In this document: in pieces, positions 1 through 8,971 of the stretch
How the letters are laid out: every line of letters begins with the position of its first letter
Position numbering within the stretch: the stretch's first letter is position 1
NCBI GenBank assembly: GCA_048885925.1
Contig: JBHLLG010000054.1
Location: 1 to 19,318, forward strand
Source: Candidatus Hermodarchaeota archaeon
GTDB taxonomy: Archaea; Asgardarchaeota; Lokiarchaeia; Sigyniarchaeales; SOKP01
Direction: 5' to 3'
DNA length: 19,318 nucleotides
Made by a program: the position numbers and the translations under genes
The notes under the pieces: generated by a model
What the model was told of the DNA's origin: nothing
Databases searched by the model: none
Seen by the model: only the letters and a program-made list of their open reading frames with translations

Positions 1-209
1 CAGTATTTTTCATCATCGTACGAATATACTATATTAAAATTTCTAAAATTTAATGATCTTATCTCTCCTCCACCTAAATGTTGAGAAATATCATGTATCG
101 CTGTGAAAAATCCACTTATAAAATCATCATCAATCTTCTGAATACCTAAAAATGTTTTTGAATAACAAAGAATACCACCAGATTTTATTATGAGTACTTT
201 AGATATCAT
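1..209 (-). CDS. Longin-like domain protein (N-terminal part; runs off the window edge)
   Basis: Not in the ORF track. The minus strand from ATG 209 reads MISKVLIIKSGGILCYSKTFLGIQKIDDDFISGFFTAIHDISQHLGGGEIRSLNFRNFNIVYSYDDEKY, open to position 1. An in-frame GTG at 227 is an alternative start. The beta-beta-helix (D..ISGFFTAI)-beta pattern matches Asgard longin-like proteins. Confidence 0.7.
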   Translation of the reverse strand, partial: MISKVLIIKSGGILCYSKTFLGIQKIDDDFISGFFTAIHDISQHLGGGEIRSLNFRNFNIVYSYDDEKY

Positions 210-279
210 TAGAGATTCAATTTCCACCTGTTAAGTTTTTAATTTAATTATTATTGAAATAATTATACATAGAAAGCTA

Positions 280-2196
280 TTAGGATTCCGCAATCTCAGC
301 GAGAAAAATGTCAGCAATTTTATTCCAGTTTTGTTTAATGTTATCTTCAATAGAAGCCAAATCTGTCAGTTCTTTCCCTTTGTTAAGATTGTCTACAGCT
401 AATTTGTGATTTCCAAGCTCTTTATAACAAATACCGAGCTTTATATAAGTTTGGTTAATATACCATTCATCGCTAGCCAATTCTATTGTTTTTTGAAATT
501 GCTCTACAGCTTTTTTATATTCTTCAAAATACATTAAAATTTCTCCATAGGTATCATAATAAGTAGCATTATTAGGATTATGATCTATAAGACTATGAAT
601 AATTTTTAGTGATTCTTCCTTTTGATTCAAATATTGCAACCAATATGCTTTATAAATAAGTAATTCCTTCTCTTTTGGATACTTTTGAAGTAATTCCTTT
701 ATAATTTCATATCCTGCTTCAAATTCGTTTATTCTTTTAAGTATTGATGCTTTCTTTATTTTAATATCCTTTTCATTTTCTGGAAATATATCAATTAAAT
801 CATCTAAAATTTCCAATATTTCAGTATAACGACCAAAATAAATCAAGAGTTTAAGCTTTAAATAATATAAATTAATTTTTTGTGGATTTAACTTAATTTT
901 CTTTTCAATTTTTTTAAGTTCTTGTTCATATTGAGTCTCATCCAGTTTGAAAATATCAACTACATCTTGCCAAATTATTCCCTCCAATTTATCACCTAAA
1001 TCCCTTAATTCATGTTCACTTTCGATTTTGTAAGCTAAATAATTTATATAGTCAGGTAAAAACTTTCTTAAAGGCTCCTCTAATTCTTTACTAAATAAAA
1101 ATTTAGAACTTTCCGCAAGAATAGTATCTATAATAATCTGTTTGTTTAATGATTTTAAAAATAATTTTTTAAAGTAAGTTAACTTCGTAATATGCTCTTC
1201 CGTTATTGCTCGAAGCATCACTTCCAATTTTTCCTTTTCTTGAAAATAATAAACCTTCTTATCTGGAGCCCTTAACTGGAAAAATTTGATCATATATAAA
1301 TTATTTTCTATAATTTGATCAACATAATATGTGAGTGTGTTGCTTTTTATTCCATACCTTTTTGAAAAAGTATTAGCTGAGATATAATTTGGAAATTGAT
1401 CTGGATGATTTATTGCAAGGAACAAAAGTATTTTATAAAAATCCTCCTCATTTTTTAGTAATGACTCTACTTGAACATAATCCATCTTCACGATATTATT
1501 TAGAAATCTAAATTGTATGTATTCATCTCTTATGTTGTATTTTTCGAAAAAATTAATTGCCTTTTGAGTTATTTCCTCAACTCGCTTACTTTCTCTCTCC
1601 AAAATGGTCTGTCTGTCCAAGTTATAGTTCTGTAGCATATAAGCATATTCTATCTTCCCTTTTCGAGTAATTTTATATTCTTTTTTCTCATCATCTTTTT
1701 CAATTAAACCCTCTCTTATTAACTGTCTTAAATACTTTGATAATGAAGTTTGGTTAATTGAAACAGGTTCCTCAAGAAAATCAGACCATTTACAAGATGT
1801 ATTGTTGTAAACCATCCATAATATCCAATCTTCATAATTCCGTCCTTTTTTTAAAATAATATTTGGAGGATAATTTACTTTTCGTGTTTCTGTAGCAATT
1901 TTGGATAATTCATGGAATCGTAGTTCGCCATCTGAGGTAATCTTATAGTGTCCTTTGTCAAAACTATTTATTAAGCCTTCGCTTTTTAAAGAATTTAAAT
2001 ATCTTGATAATGTAGAAGTTGGGATTTCAAGTGGTTTTTTAATAAAATCAGACCACTCACCTTCTTCATTATTTTTCAGCATCCAGAGAATAATATGCTC
2101 ATAATTTCTCTTTTCCAACCCAGAACCTTGTACTATTTCGTCTGGGGGATAATTCTTTTTTGACATTTTTATGAAATTAATTGATTTAACCTTCAT
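280..2196 (-). CDS. Tandem winged-HTH protein with C-terminal TPRs, putative transcriptional regulator
   Basis: Two N-terminal repeats: RNYEHIILWMLKNN..WSDF..STLSRYLNSLKSEGLI..YKIT..G and RNYEDWILWMVYNN..WSDF..TSLSKYLRQLIREGLI..YKIT..G. A possible third HTH lies at FSKRYGIKSNTLTYYV. TPR motifs include PNNATYYDTYGEILMYFEEYKKAVEQFQKTIEL. The true start may be Met11 at 2166. Confidence 0.8.
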   Translation of the reverse strand: MKVKSINFIKMSKKNYPPDEIVQGSGLEKRNYEHIILWMLKNNEEGEWSDFIKKPLEIPTSTLSRYLNSLKSEGLINSFDKGHYKITSDGELRFHELSKIATETRKVNYPPNIILKKGRNYEDWILWMVYNNTSCKWSDFLEEPVSINQTSLSKYLRQLIREGLIEKDDEKKEYKITRKGKIEYAYMLQNYNLDRQTILERESKRVEEITQKAINFFEKYNIRDEYIQFRFLNNIVKMDYVQVESLLKNEEDFYKILLFLAINHPDQFPNYISANTFSKRYGIKSNTLTYYVDQIIENNLYMIKFFQLRAPDKKVYYFQEKEKLEVMLRAITEEHITKLTYFKKLFLKSLNKQIIIDTILAESSKFLFSKELEEPLRKFLPDYINYLAYKIESEHELRDLGDKLEGIIWQDVVDIFKLDETQYEQELKKIEKKIKLNPQKINLYYLKLKLLIYFGRYTEILEILDDLIDIFPENEKDIKIKKASILKRINEFEAGYEIIKELLQKYPKEKELLIYKAYWLQYLNQKEESLKIIHSLIDHNPNNATYYDTYGEILMYFEEYKKAVEQFQKTIELASDEWYINQTYIKLGICYKELGNHKLAVDNLNKGKELTDLASIEDNIKQNWNKIADIFLAEIAES

Positions 2197-2237
2197 ATCA
2201 TGTTAAGCTTTTGTTCTATTTATATTTGATTTTTAAT

Positions 2238-2338
2238 ACTACCATGATAACTCGGGACTACCATGGGACTTCGTTCTTAAAAACTATAAATAAAATCGAG
2301 AGATCGTATCTTATTGATCATTAGTTCGATGATCATTA
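2238..2338. promoter_or_regulatory. Divergent promoter with direct-repeat boxes and a BRE/TATA
   Basis: ACTACCATG at 2238-2246 and 2257-2265, with GGGACT twice. AAAACTATAAATA (BRE+TATA-like) at about 2280-2292. TGATCATTA at 2315-2323 and 2330-2338. Confidence 0.5.
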
Positions 2339-2367
2339 TGAAATTTAAAAAAAAGAGATGAAAAAAA

Positions 2368-3798
2368 ATGAAAATAAAAACAAACTCGAAATTGTTAATC
2401 GCTATTTTAACATTGTCAATGATATTGGGAGTTTTTGCTTTAACTATAGGGACAGTCCGCTCTGATAAAGGTGATACTATTATTATATTCCCATCAGGTG
2501 GAGATGATACTATGGCAATCCAAAATGCATTCGATACAGCAGGTCTGGGAGATACCATTAAATTAACTAAAGGCCAATATAGAACAAATAATATAATTGT
2601 AGAAGATTTCTGTGGGAAATTTAAAGGAGCAGGTATGGATCTTACAAAGATTGATGTTTACGACGAGGTAACGCCTGATCCTATAAATGATATAACTGCT
2701 TTATTTAAATTTGACGGGGGAGATATTCAAATATCTGATCTAAGTTTTGATATTTTACCTGAACCCTATTTGGATAATATTATATGGCTTACAGGAGCAA
2801 TTAATTCCAAACTTACGCGTGTAAAATTTACAGGTCATGAGGGTACATATACAGATCCAGATGACCCTCAAGGGATGTCCTGGAATGTTTACGCTGCAAT
2901 TGCTATTAACGGAATACCCGATGGGTATACTACTGGTAAACACAGCATAAAAAAATGCGAATTTGAATCTGTAGCAATAGGTATTGAAACCTTTAGTCTA
3001 GTAAATAGTGAATTGAATGTAGGAGGAGGATATTCAACAGGAAATACATTTAAGGGAGGTTGTTATGGAGTCAGAATGTGGAATACAGTTAATTCGAAAA
3101 TAAAGATTTCATATAATTATATTGAAGCACATGTTCGAGCTGGTATTTATGTGACTCAAGCGTTTCTTCCAGAATATTGGCTAACTTCATGGCCAATAAT
3201 GCCTTCACAATGGGATATAACTCATAACTTTGTATACACTTACTCCATAGCAGACGGAATAATTCTATACGACTGGTATGTCGATGTCGGGGAAGAAGAC
3301 GCTTGGGACCCATCTATCGAAGCATTCATTTCACACAATCATATTACATTAAATAATGATGAGTGGGGAGGTTTAGTCCTTATTGGAGTTGATGATGCTT
3401 TTATCATCAATAACGTTGTTACAGGACTTGGAGATTATGGTTTTGATTTATGGCTTTGTAATAATCTCAAGATTTTTGGCAATAGAATTCAAATTGACGC
3501 TCTAGGGACAAGCCCTGGGAATTCCTGGGAACTTTTCTATGGTATGAGTTTATGGTATGGAGCTGATAATGTCTTCGCTTTTAACATAATATCGCATAAG
3601 AAAACGGATGGATTATTTATTATTGGTTCAAATGAGAATTTAGTTCTGGGAAATTTGATTAAAGACAATGGAGGCTATGGACTAAATATGGTTGATAGCA
3701 ATGATAATTGTATTATTGCTAATGTATTCCTTAATAATTTTCTAGGCAATATATTCGATGATGGCACCAATATTTACTTGCGGAATAAGGAAAAGTAG
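2368..3798 (+). CDS. Secreted right-handed parallel beta-helix (NosD/CASH/pectin-lyase-like) protein
   Basis: Signal peptide; the DDTMAIQNAFD..GDTIKLTKGQY motif typical of beta-helix N-caps; repeated I..N.I..N/G motifs towards the C-terminus. Confidence 0.8.
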   Translation: MKIKTNSKLLIAILTLSMILGVFALTIGTVRSDKGDTIIIFPSGGDDTMAIQNAFDTAGLGDTIKLTKGQYRTNNIIVEDFCGKFKGAGMDLTKIDVYDEVTPDPINDITALFKFDGGDIQISDLSFDILPEPYLDNIIWLTGAINSKLTRVKFTGHEGTYTDPDDPQGMSWNVYAAIAINGIPDGYTTGKHSIKKCEFESVAIGIETFSLVNSELNVGGGYSTGNTFKGGCYGVRMWNTVNSKIKISYNYIEAHVRAGIYVTQAFLPEYWLTSWPIMPSQWDITHNFVYTYSIADGIILYDWYVDVGEEDAWDPSIEAFISHNHITLNNDEWGGLVLIGVDDAFIINNVVTGLGDYGFDLWLCNNLKIFGNRIQIDALGTSPGNSWELFYGMSLWYGADNVFAFNIISHKKTDGLFIIGSNENLVLGNLIKDNGGYGLNMVDSNDNCIIANVFLNNFLGNIFDDGTNIYLRNKEK

Positions 3799-3819
3799 TA
3801 TTAAAATTTCTAAATTTAA

Positions 3820-3920
3820 ATATAGAATAGGGAAGAAATCGTTTAGATAAATGGCTTCTCGAATGAGCACACCTAAACCCCTATTCCTCCATTCTATATA
3901 TTTTTTTTTTCTCTTTTTCT
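3820..3920 (+). terminator. Imperfect hairpin followed by an oligo-T tract
   Basis: GAATAGGG 3825-32 pairs with CCCTATTC 3879-86; GTTTAG 3841-46 with CTAAAC 3873-78; ATATAGAAT 3820-28 with ATTCTATAT 3891-99. A T10 run follows at 3901-3910. Confidence 0.5.
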
Positions 3921-4079
3921 TAGATTCTAAATTTATAATGTTTAAAAAAGATATAATGTGGTTAGCACAAGTAGAAAAGTTTAATAATGGATTAAGTCAA
4001 TTTTTGTGTTATACATAAATATGAAATCTTATAAAATATAGCATTCAATAATCTAATAAACTGTTAATATTAGACTCAA

Positions 4080-5756
4080 ATGACAGATAAAAAAGCCCAT
4101 CCGAAGAAGAAGGTTCCTAAAATTGCAGAAATGAAGAAACCTTTAATAATTGGAAGCATAATCGCTGCCATCGCGACAGCAGGTATTATAGTTGGGATAA
4201 ATATTTACTCAAAATCTATACAAACTGGGAATATTTTATATTTTGGTACTAATCTTCCATACACTGTTGATCCTATCGATGCTATGGCAGTGAGGGATAT
4301 GGACCTCATTAGTCAAGTTGCTGAAGGGCTATTTGATATTGATGAGAATTCAGAAATAATTTATAGTCTTGCAACAGAACGTGAATTGAGCCCTGATGGT
4401 TTAAATCTTACTTGCACACTTAGACAGGGTGTAAAATTCCATGATGGAATGCCATTTAATGCTACATCTGTTAAATGGAACTTCGACAGAGCATATAGAC
4501 TTATTAGTGATATAATGTTTTCATGGCTATGGTTACTCCCTGATGGTACCCCTATTATTAATGAAACTCAAGTTTTAGACGAATACACTGTTAAATTCAT
4601 GTTGAACGCTCCGTATGGTCCTTTCATGAATTTACTTGCATCGGTTTATTCGTATATAGTATCACCTACCGCTACACCCGAAGATAGATTTATTGATCTG
4701 GAAACTGAAAATCTTGTAGGGACAGGACCTTTTATTTATGATTTTTTTGGGGAAGATAACATTACATTATCTGCCAATCCACATTACTGGGGTGACAAAC
4801 CAAAAATCGATAAATTAATTTTCCTTCAACCAACAAGATCTTATGACGAGGCATTATTATCGGGCGAAATTCATATGAAGAAAAATGTTGGTTTCAATGA
4901 ATCAGTACTCAATTCATTCAGAAGTAATGCTTCATTTACTGTATCAGATCCAATACCTCTTCCATATCTTGAATTTATCGTAATGAACAACAAATTGATT
5001 AACATCACCATGAGAAAAGCAATCTCCTATGCTATTAATTATTCTAACTATCTTTTGGACCATACCTGGGTTAACGCAAAGGGTCCCATTCCAGAAGGTA
5101 TCTTATATCATAATATAACAGGTATTGATGTGCCTTATTACAACCTTACATTTGCTAGAAAAATTCTAAAAGATAATTTAGGTAGTAAAAATTCTCAGAT
5201 AGCAAGTTTACCCCTAGATAATAATAGTGCTTGGGAACAGTTGACTACTGAATCCCCCATCGTGACTTTTAATTATTCAAGCGTTAATGTTTTTCCGAAA
5301 AGTATGTGGTATTCGGATCTACTTACTGAAGACCTTAAACAAATTGGAGTAAAAGTAGAACCTGTTATTATAACTTATGCACAATGGTGGATTATAATTC
5401 AGGATGTGGATGGTGATCATAGAAATGAAATTGAACTTGGTTGGAATTGGTGGCTCGCTGATTATAACGACCCTAGCAACTTTATTAATGAATGGTATAC
5501 AAATAAGAAGATTGGGTATAACATGGGACAAGTAAATGATACACAAGTACAAGAATGGATGGAAGACGCTTTAAGTGAAACAGATCCCATTGCTAGAAAA
5601 CAATTATATTATAAAATTCAAAAACGTCTTATTGAAGAGGTTTGTCCACATATTTGGCTTCATTCTTGGATAGGTTGGGATGTGTATGTATCTAATTTAA
5701 GAGGTTGGTATCCCCACCCATATAAAACTTCATTTAAATCCGTTTATTTTGTTTAA
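4080..5756 (+). CDS. ABC transporter substrate-binding protein, family 5 (DppA/OppA-like)
   Basis: N-terminal TM anchor and family motifs EGLF, SPDGLNLTCTLRQGVKFHDG.PFNA, VGTGPF, NPHYWG, RKAISYAIN and W.ADYNDP. BRE/TATA-like GAAAAGTTTAATAA at 3974-3987. Confidence 0.92.
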   Translation: MTDKKAHPKKKVPKIAEMKKPLIIGSIIAAIATAGIIVGINIYSKSIQTGNILYFGTNLPYTVDPIDAMAVRDMDLISQVAEGLFDIDENSEIIYSLATERELSPDGLNLTCTLRQGVKFHDGMPFNATSVKWNFDRAYRLISDIMFSWLWLLPDGTPIINETQVLDEYTVKFMLNAPYGPFMNLLASVYSYIVSPTATPEDRFIDLETENLVGTGPFIYDFFGEDNITLSANPHYWGDKPKIDKLIFLQPTRSYDEALLSGEIHMKKNVGFNESVLNSFRSNASFTVSDPIPLPYLEFIVMNNKLINITMRKAISYAINYSNYLLDHTWVNAKGPIPEGILYHNITGIDVPYYNLTFARKILKDNLGSKNSQIASLPLDNNSAWEQLTTESPIVTFNYSSVNVFPKSMWYSDLLTEDLKQIGVKVEPVIITYAQWWIIIQDVDGDHRNEIELGWNWWLADYNDPSNFINEWYTNKKIGYNMGQVNDTQVQEWMEDALSETDPIARKQLYYKIQKRLIEEVCPHIWLHSWIGWDVYVSNLRGWYPHPYKTSFKSVYFV

Positions 5757-5814
5757 GGTAGAATTATTTTATAACTCTGTGTAAATTCTAAAACAGATAA
5801 GCTTTAGCTAATTT

Positions 5815-6777
5815 CTAATCACTGTAAAGTTCTAAGTCAGCCCATCCTATAAGATAAAATGTCAGATTATAATTATTTTTAGTTGGAAAATCAGAAGAAA
5901 TAAACCATGTCTTTACACCTTGGAAAGAGAGATCAAATCCCGGCTGAGGTAAAATTAGACTGCCCAATGATAAAGGGAAAAAAAAGTATGCTCCAATATC
6001 GGCAGTAGTGTCCTTATAGAAAAGATTTAGCCCACCATTCATTATCATAGCAGTGCCGGTTATATTAGCTCCCATCTCTTTATATTGATAGATTTCAATA
6101 TTCATATTACCACCTGTACTATTAAGCAACCAATTACAATTTTGAGTAATTTCCATATTATATGATCTTAAATTGAAATTTCCTTCAGTAATATTAGCAC
6201 TAATATCTCCACTGATAACACATTGATTAAAATCATAAAATGTGTGACCATCGATTACACTTGTATGTATATTGTTAACAGAAACACCCCAAGGTACTGT
6301 TATATTTAAATTCCCTTTCTTAATTGTTGCGGATATATCAAAAATAACATCTTTTCTTAGTTTTACCACTATATTGACATCTTTAGTTAACCACAGTGAA
6401 GGATTAAACCAATCATCTGATATGATCTGAATTGTAAAATTAGCTGGTGAACTTGATTTGTTACATTGAATATCAAAGTAATCTTCATATGATTTGCCTG
6501 CTAATTTTGCTCCACTCAGCATAAAATTTACATCTATCAACGCATAATAATCAACTACGGGATCAATATATCTTATTTCCACATTACCTACATCAGCAGT
6601 AATAAATAATTTTTCAACTGAAGATGGTAAACTTGTTTGATAGGTAAAAGAATAAGATTCATCAATTATTCCATATGGAGAAAGAATAATAGAAAGAAAA
6701 GTAATTGGAATTGCCATAATTAGACTGAATCCAAAAATAATAATTGAAGTAATTCCAATGATACTTTTTTTTTCCAT
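5815..6777 (-). CDS. Membrane-anchored beta-strand-repeat protein (DUF4097/adhesin-like)
   Basis: N-terminal TM helix; recurring ADVGNVEI, KKGNLNI, TEGNFNL, TGGNMNI motifs; many N-x-S/T sequons. Confidence 0.55.
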   Translation of the reverse strand: MEKKSIIGITSIIIFGFSLIMAIPITFLSIILSPYGIIDESYSFTYQTSLPSSVEKLFITADVGNVEIRYIDPVVDYYALIDVNFMLSGAKLAGKSYEDYFDIQCNKSSSPANFTIQIISDDWFNPSLWLTKDVNIVVKLRKDVIFDISATIKKGNLNITVPWGVSVNNIHTSVIDGHTFYDFNQCVISGDISANITEGNFNLRSYNMEITQNCNWLLNSTGGNMNIEIYQYKEMGANITGTAMIMNGGLNLFYKDTTADIGAYFFFPLSLGSLILPQPGFDLSFQGVKTWFISSDFPTKNNYNLTFYLIGWADLELYSD

Positions 6778-6880
6778 CTTCAGGCTTTTTGAATGGGATT
6801 TATTAATTCTACAATTATTTAGATAAGAGAGCGTTTTATTTAAATTAGCCTATCTAAAACAACTATTTTTCTATAACTTA

Positions 6881-7062
6881 CTTCTTAATTTTCGGTTTAA
6901 TTAGTATTGTAGCCCTAGTCTATCTAAAGAAAAAAAATTATAAATAACCCATTTTTTTTATTGATACAATTAAAGAGTTTATTAAAATATTGATTTTATA
7001 TAGTGTATCCAATTGGGATGTTATAACCAATCCCTTTTTTTTGGAAGGTCAGGAACTTTTTA
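6881..7062 (+). repeat. Degenerate direct copy of 7804-7989 (3' end of the 234-aa gene, the intergenic gap and the 3' end of the nitroreductase)
   Basis: CTTCTTAATTTTCGGTTTAATTAGTATTGTAGCCCTAGTCTATCTAAAGAAAAAAAATTATAAATAAC versus CTTCTTAATTTTCGCGTTAATTAGTATTGTAGCCCTTGTCTATTTAAAGAAAAAAAAATTATAAATAAC. Similarity continues through TATCCAATyGGGAT and GGAAGGTCArGAACTTTTT. Confidence 0.85.
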
Positions 7063-7162
7063 CAAAGTTTTATATACTCCGATGTCTAACTATCTTTTAA
7101 TCGATTTTTATATTATATTAAAAAGCGAAATTCAATAAAAAAGATTAAAGGTAATTGTTAAA

Positions 7163-7867
7163 ATGAAAAACTATAAAAAACTAGGGATAATTACCCTTGG
7201 TATGCTTATAATTCTTCCCTTTTTTATTGTTAATGCTAAATGTGCGACAACTATAGGAGATACAACCTTTCCTGCTGAGGTAGGCGATGTTTATGTTTGG
7301 CACTTCTTAGAAGCCTATGGAAGTGATTTTTCTGATAAAATAAATTTTACAGCCGAAGCAGTATATCAAGGTCAACATGCTAGTGTAGATGCACTAATAG
7401 TAAATTATTCACAAGGGTATTATAATGACACAACAGCTCAATGGACAACCACTCATGACAACGTCTTTTATATGGCTGCCAATGAAACTCAAAATTATTT
7501 CAATATAAGCTCTACCTTTTGGGGTTATCCTATAGCATATCTAATTCCTACACCCATAAATTTATCAGCAATTGCGTTAACTTTATCCAGTCATCCTGAA
7601 ATTGATAGTTATGAGGTGCTTAGTGATAGAATTCATCTTTATCGGGACGGAGGAGATTACCAATATAAATTATGGTTCAGTTCTTCAGGTATTTTGACAA
7701 GATGGGAAGAGAGAACTAACGTTTTTGCTTCTGTTTTTGTATTAGAAACTCCTCTTGATGGTAATGGTGAAGATGGTGGTGGTGCCATTTCTTTTGGACA
7801 TTCCTTCTTAATTTTCGCGTTAATTAGTATTGTAGCCCTTGTCTATTTAAAGAAAAAAAAATTATAA
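7163..7867 (+). CDS. Secreted/surface protein with C-terminal sorting-signal-like tail
   Basis: Signal peptide; C-terminus GEDGGGA-ISFG-TM helix-KKKKL; TATA-like CAAAGTTTTATATA at 7063-7076. Confidence 0.75.
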   Translation: MKNYKKLGIITLGMLIILPFFIVNAKCATTIGDTTFPAEVGDVYVWHFLEAYGSDFSDKINFTAEAVYQGQHASVDALIVNYSQGYYNDTTAQWTTTHDNVFYMAANETQNYFNISSTFWGYPIAYLIPTPINLSAIALTLSSHPEIDSYEVLSDRIHLYRDGGDYQYKLWFSSSGILTRWEERTNVFASVFVLETPLDGNGEDGGGAISFGHSFLIFALISIVALVYLKKKKL

Positions 7868-7989
7868 ATAACTTTTTTTTTAATTTGATATATCTAAAGA
7901 GTGCATTAAAGTATTTATTTTATTTTGGATATCCAATCGGGATAATATAAAGAGGTTCGATTTTTTTAGGAAGGTCAAGAACTTTTTTC
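7804..7989 (+). repeat. Intact source copy of the ~180-bp direct repeat
   Basis: Aligns with 6881-7062 at an offset of about 923-927 bp. Both reading frames are intact in this copy. Confidence 0.85.
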
Positions 7990-8495
7990 ACTTTATAATC
8001 CTCAAAAGCACCAATTGGAACTGATGATAAACCTAAAGCGCAAGCTTCTAGATGAACATTTTGAGCACAATGCCCAACTTCGATAAAGACATACCTTATT
8101 CCTCTTTCACCATATCTTTGGGTAGTTCTTTCATAAATTGCACAAATTATTATATTAAGATATGCTTCAGCAATAAAGTATTGATCCCAGGAAGCCTCCG
8201 CTAACTTTATGCTTAAATCTTTATCATTAATTAAATCGATTGAATGTTTTTTAGGATTATAATGAAAAAAACCCTTGTCTTTTAGAGTTAGATAAATTTC
8301 TAAGGGATAAGTTGCTCCCGCTGAAGGAACAGTCCGCTTGTATCCTTTCATTCCTTGGGTTGCCCATAAAATCTGAGAGACTTTTTCTATTTCAAAATTT
8401 CTTTCTTTATAACTCCTTACGCTTTCACGTTGATAAATACATTCTTCAAGGCTTTTTTCTCCTGTTAATTTTGGTTTTGGGAGTTGGATTTCCAT
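7920..8495 (-). CDS. SagB/ThcOx-family dehydrogenase (nitroreductase fold)
   Basis: Motifs RESVRSY, LWATQG, RTVPSAGATYPLEIY, RYGERGIRYVFIEVGHCAQN and IGAF. Confidence 0.92.
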   Translation of the reverse strand: MEIQLPKPKLTGEKSLEECIYQRESVRSYKERNFEIEKVSQILWATQGMKGYKRTVPSAGATYPLEIYLTLKDKGFFHYNPKKHSIDLINDKDLSIKLAEASWDQYFIAEAYLNIIICAIYERTTQRYGERGIRYVFIEVGHCAQNVHLEACALGLSSVPIGAFEDYKVKKVLDLPKKIEPLYIIPIGYPK

Positions 8496-8593
8496 AATTT
8501 CACCATTTTTATCGTGAATTTATTTTATTATTTCTACATGTTTATTTCTATCATAATAAGAAATTTTATTTTAATTAATAATAATGGTTTCTT

Positions 8594-8950
8594 ATGTCTT
8601 CAAAAATAAATTTAAAAAAAATGTTTCAAGAGTGGAATACATTGAATTCTAAAGCTGAGGAGTTAATGGGAAAATTTGATTTTACTAATATAAAAAAAAT
8701 TAGGACAAGCCAGAAAAAACTTGAAGATGATATCTATGAAATACTGAAGGAAAAAGCTCCAAAAAAAATTAAAGAAATATTACCTGATGATTGTGGAGAG
8801 ATGGAAGTTGGATATGATACAGAAGGAAATACGTTTTACTTTGTAATGATGGATCCTGAAGCAGAAGATGAAGAAGATATTAAACTTATTGCTATAACTC
8901 TGGATATTAACTTTAAGATCTCTATGATTGAAGATTTTGAAATAGAATAA
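8594..8950 (+). CDS. Hypothetical acidic protein
   Basis: 118-aa ORF with plausible composition and a downstream oligo-T. No family recognised. Confidence 0.7.
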   Translation: MSSKINLKKMFQEWNTLNSKAEELMGKFDFTNIKKIRTSQKKLEDDIYEILKEKAPKKIKEILPDDCGEMEVGYDTEGNTFYFVMMDPEAEDEEDIKLIAITLDINFKISMIEDFEIE

Positions 8951-8971
8951 AAATTTTTTTTATTAATATTT

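Noticed and set aside
3820-3900. Possible SECIS element
   Set aside because: The upstream gene ends in TAG and has no in-frame TGA, and I could not place a convincing SECIS core.
5770-5842. Weak local similarity TGTAAATTCTAAAACAG versus TGTAAAGTTCTAAGTCAG at the end of the 320-aa gene
   Set aside because: Too short and AT-rich to distinguish from chance.
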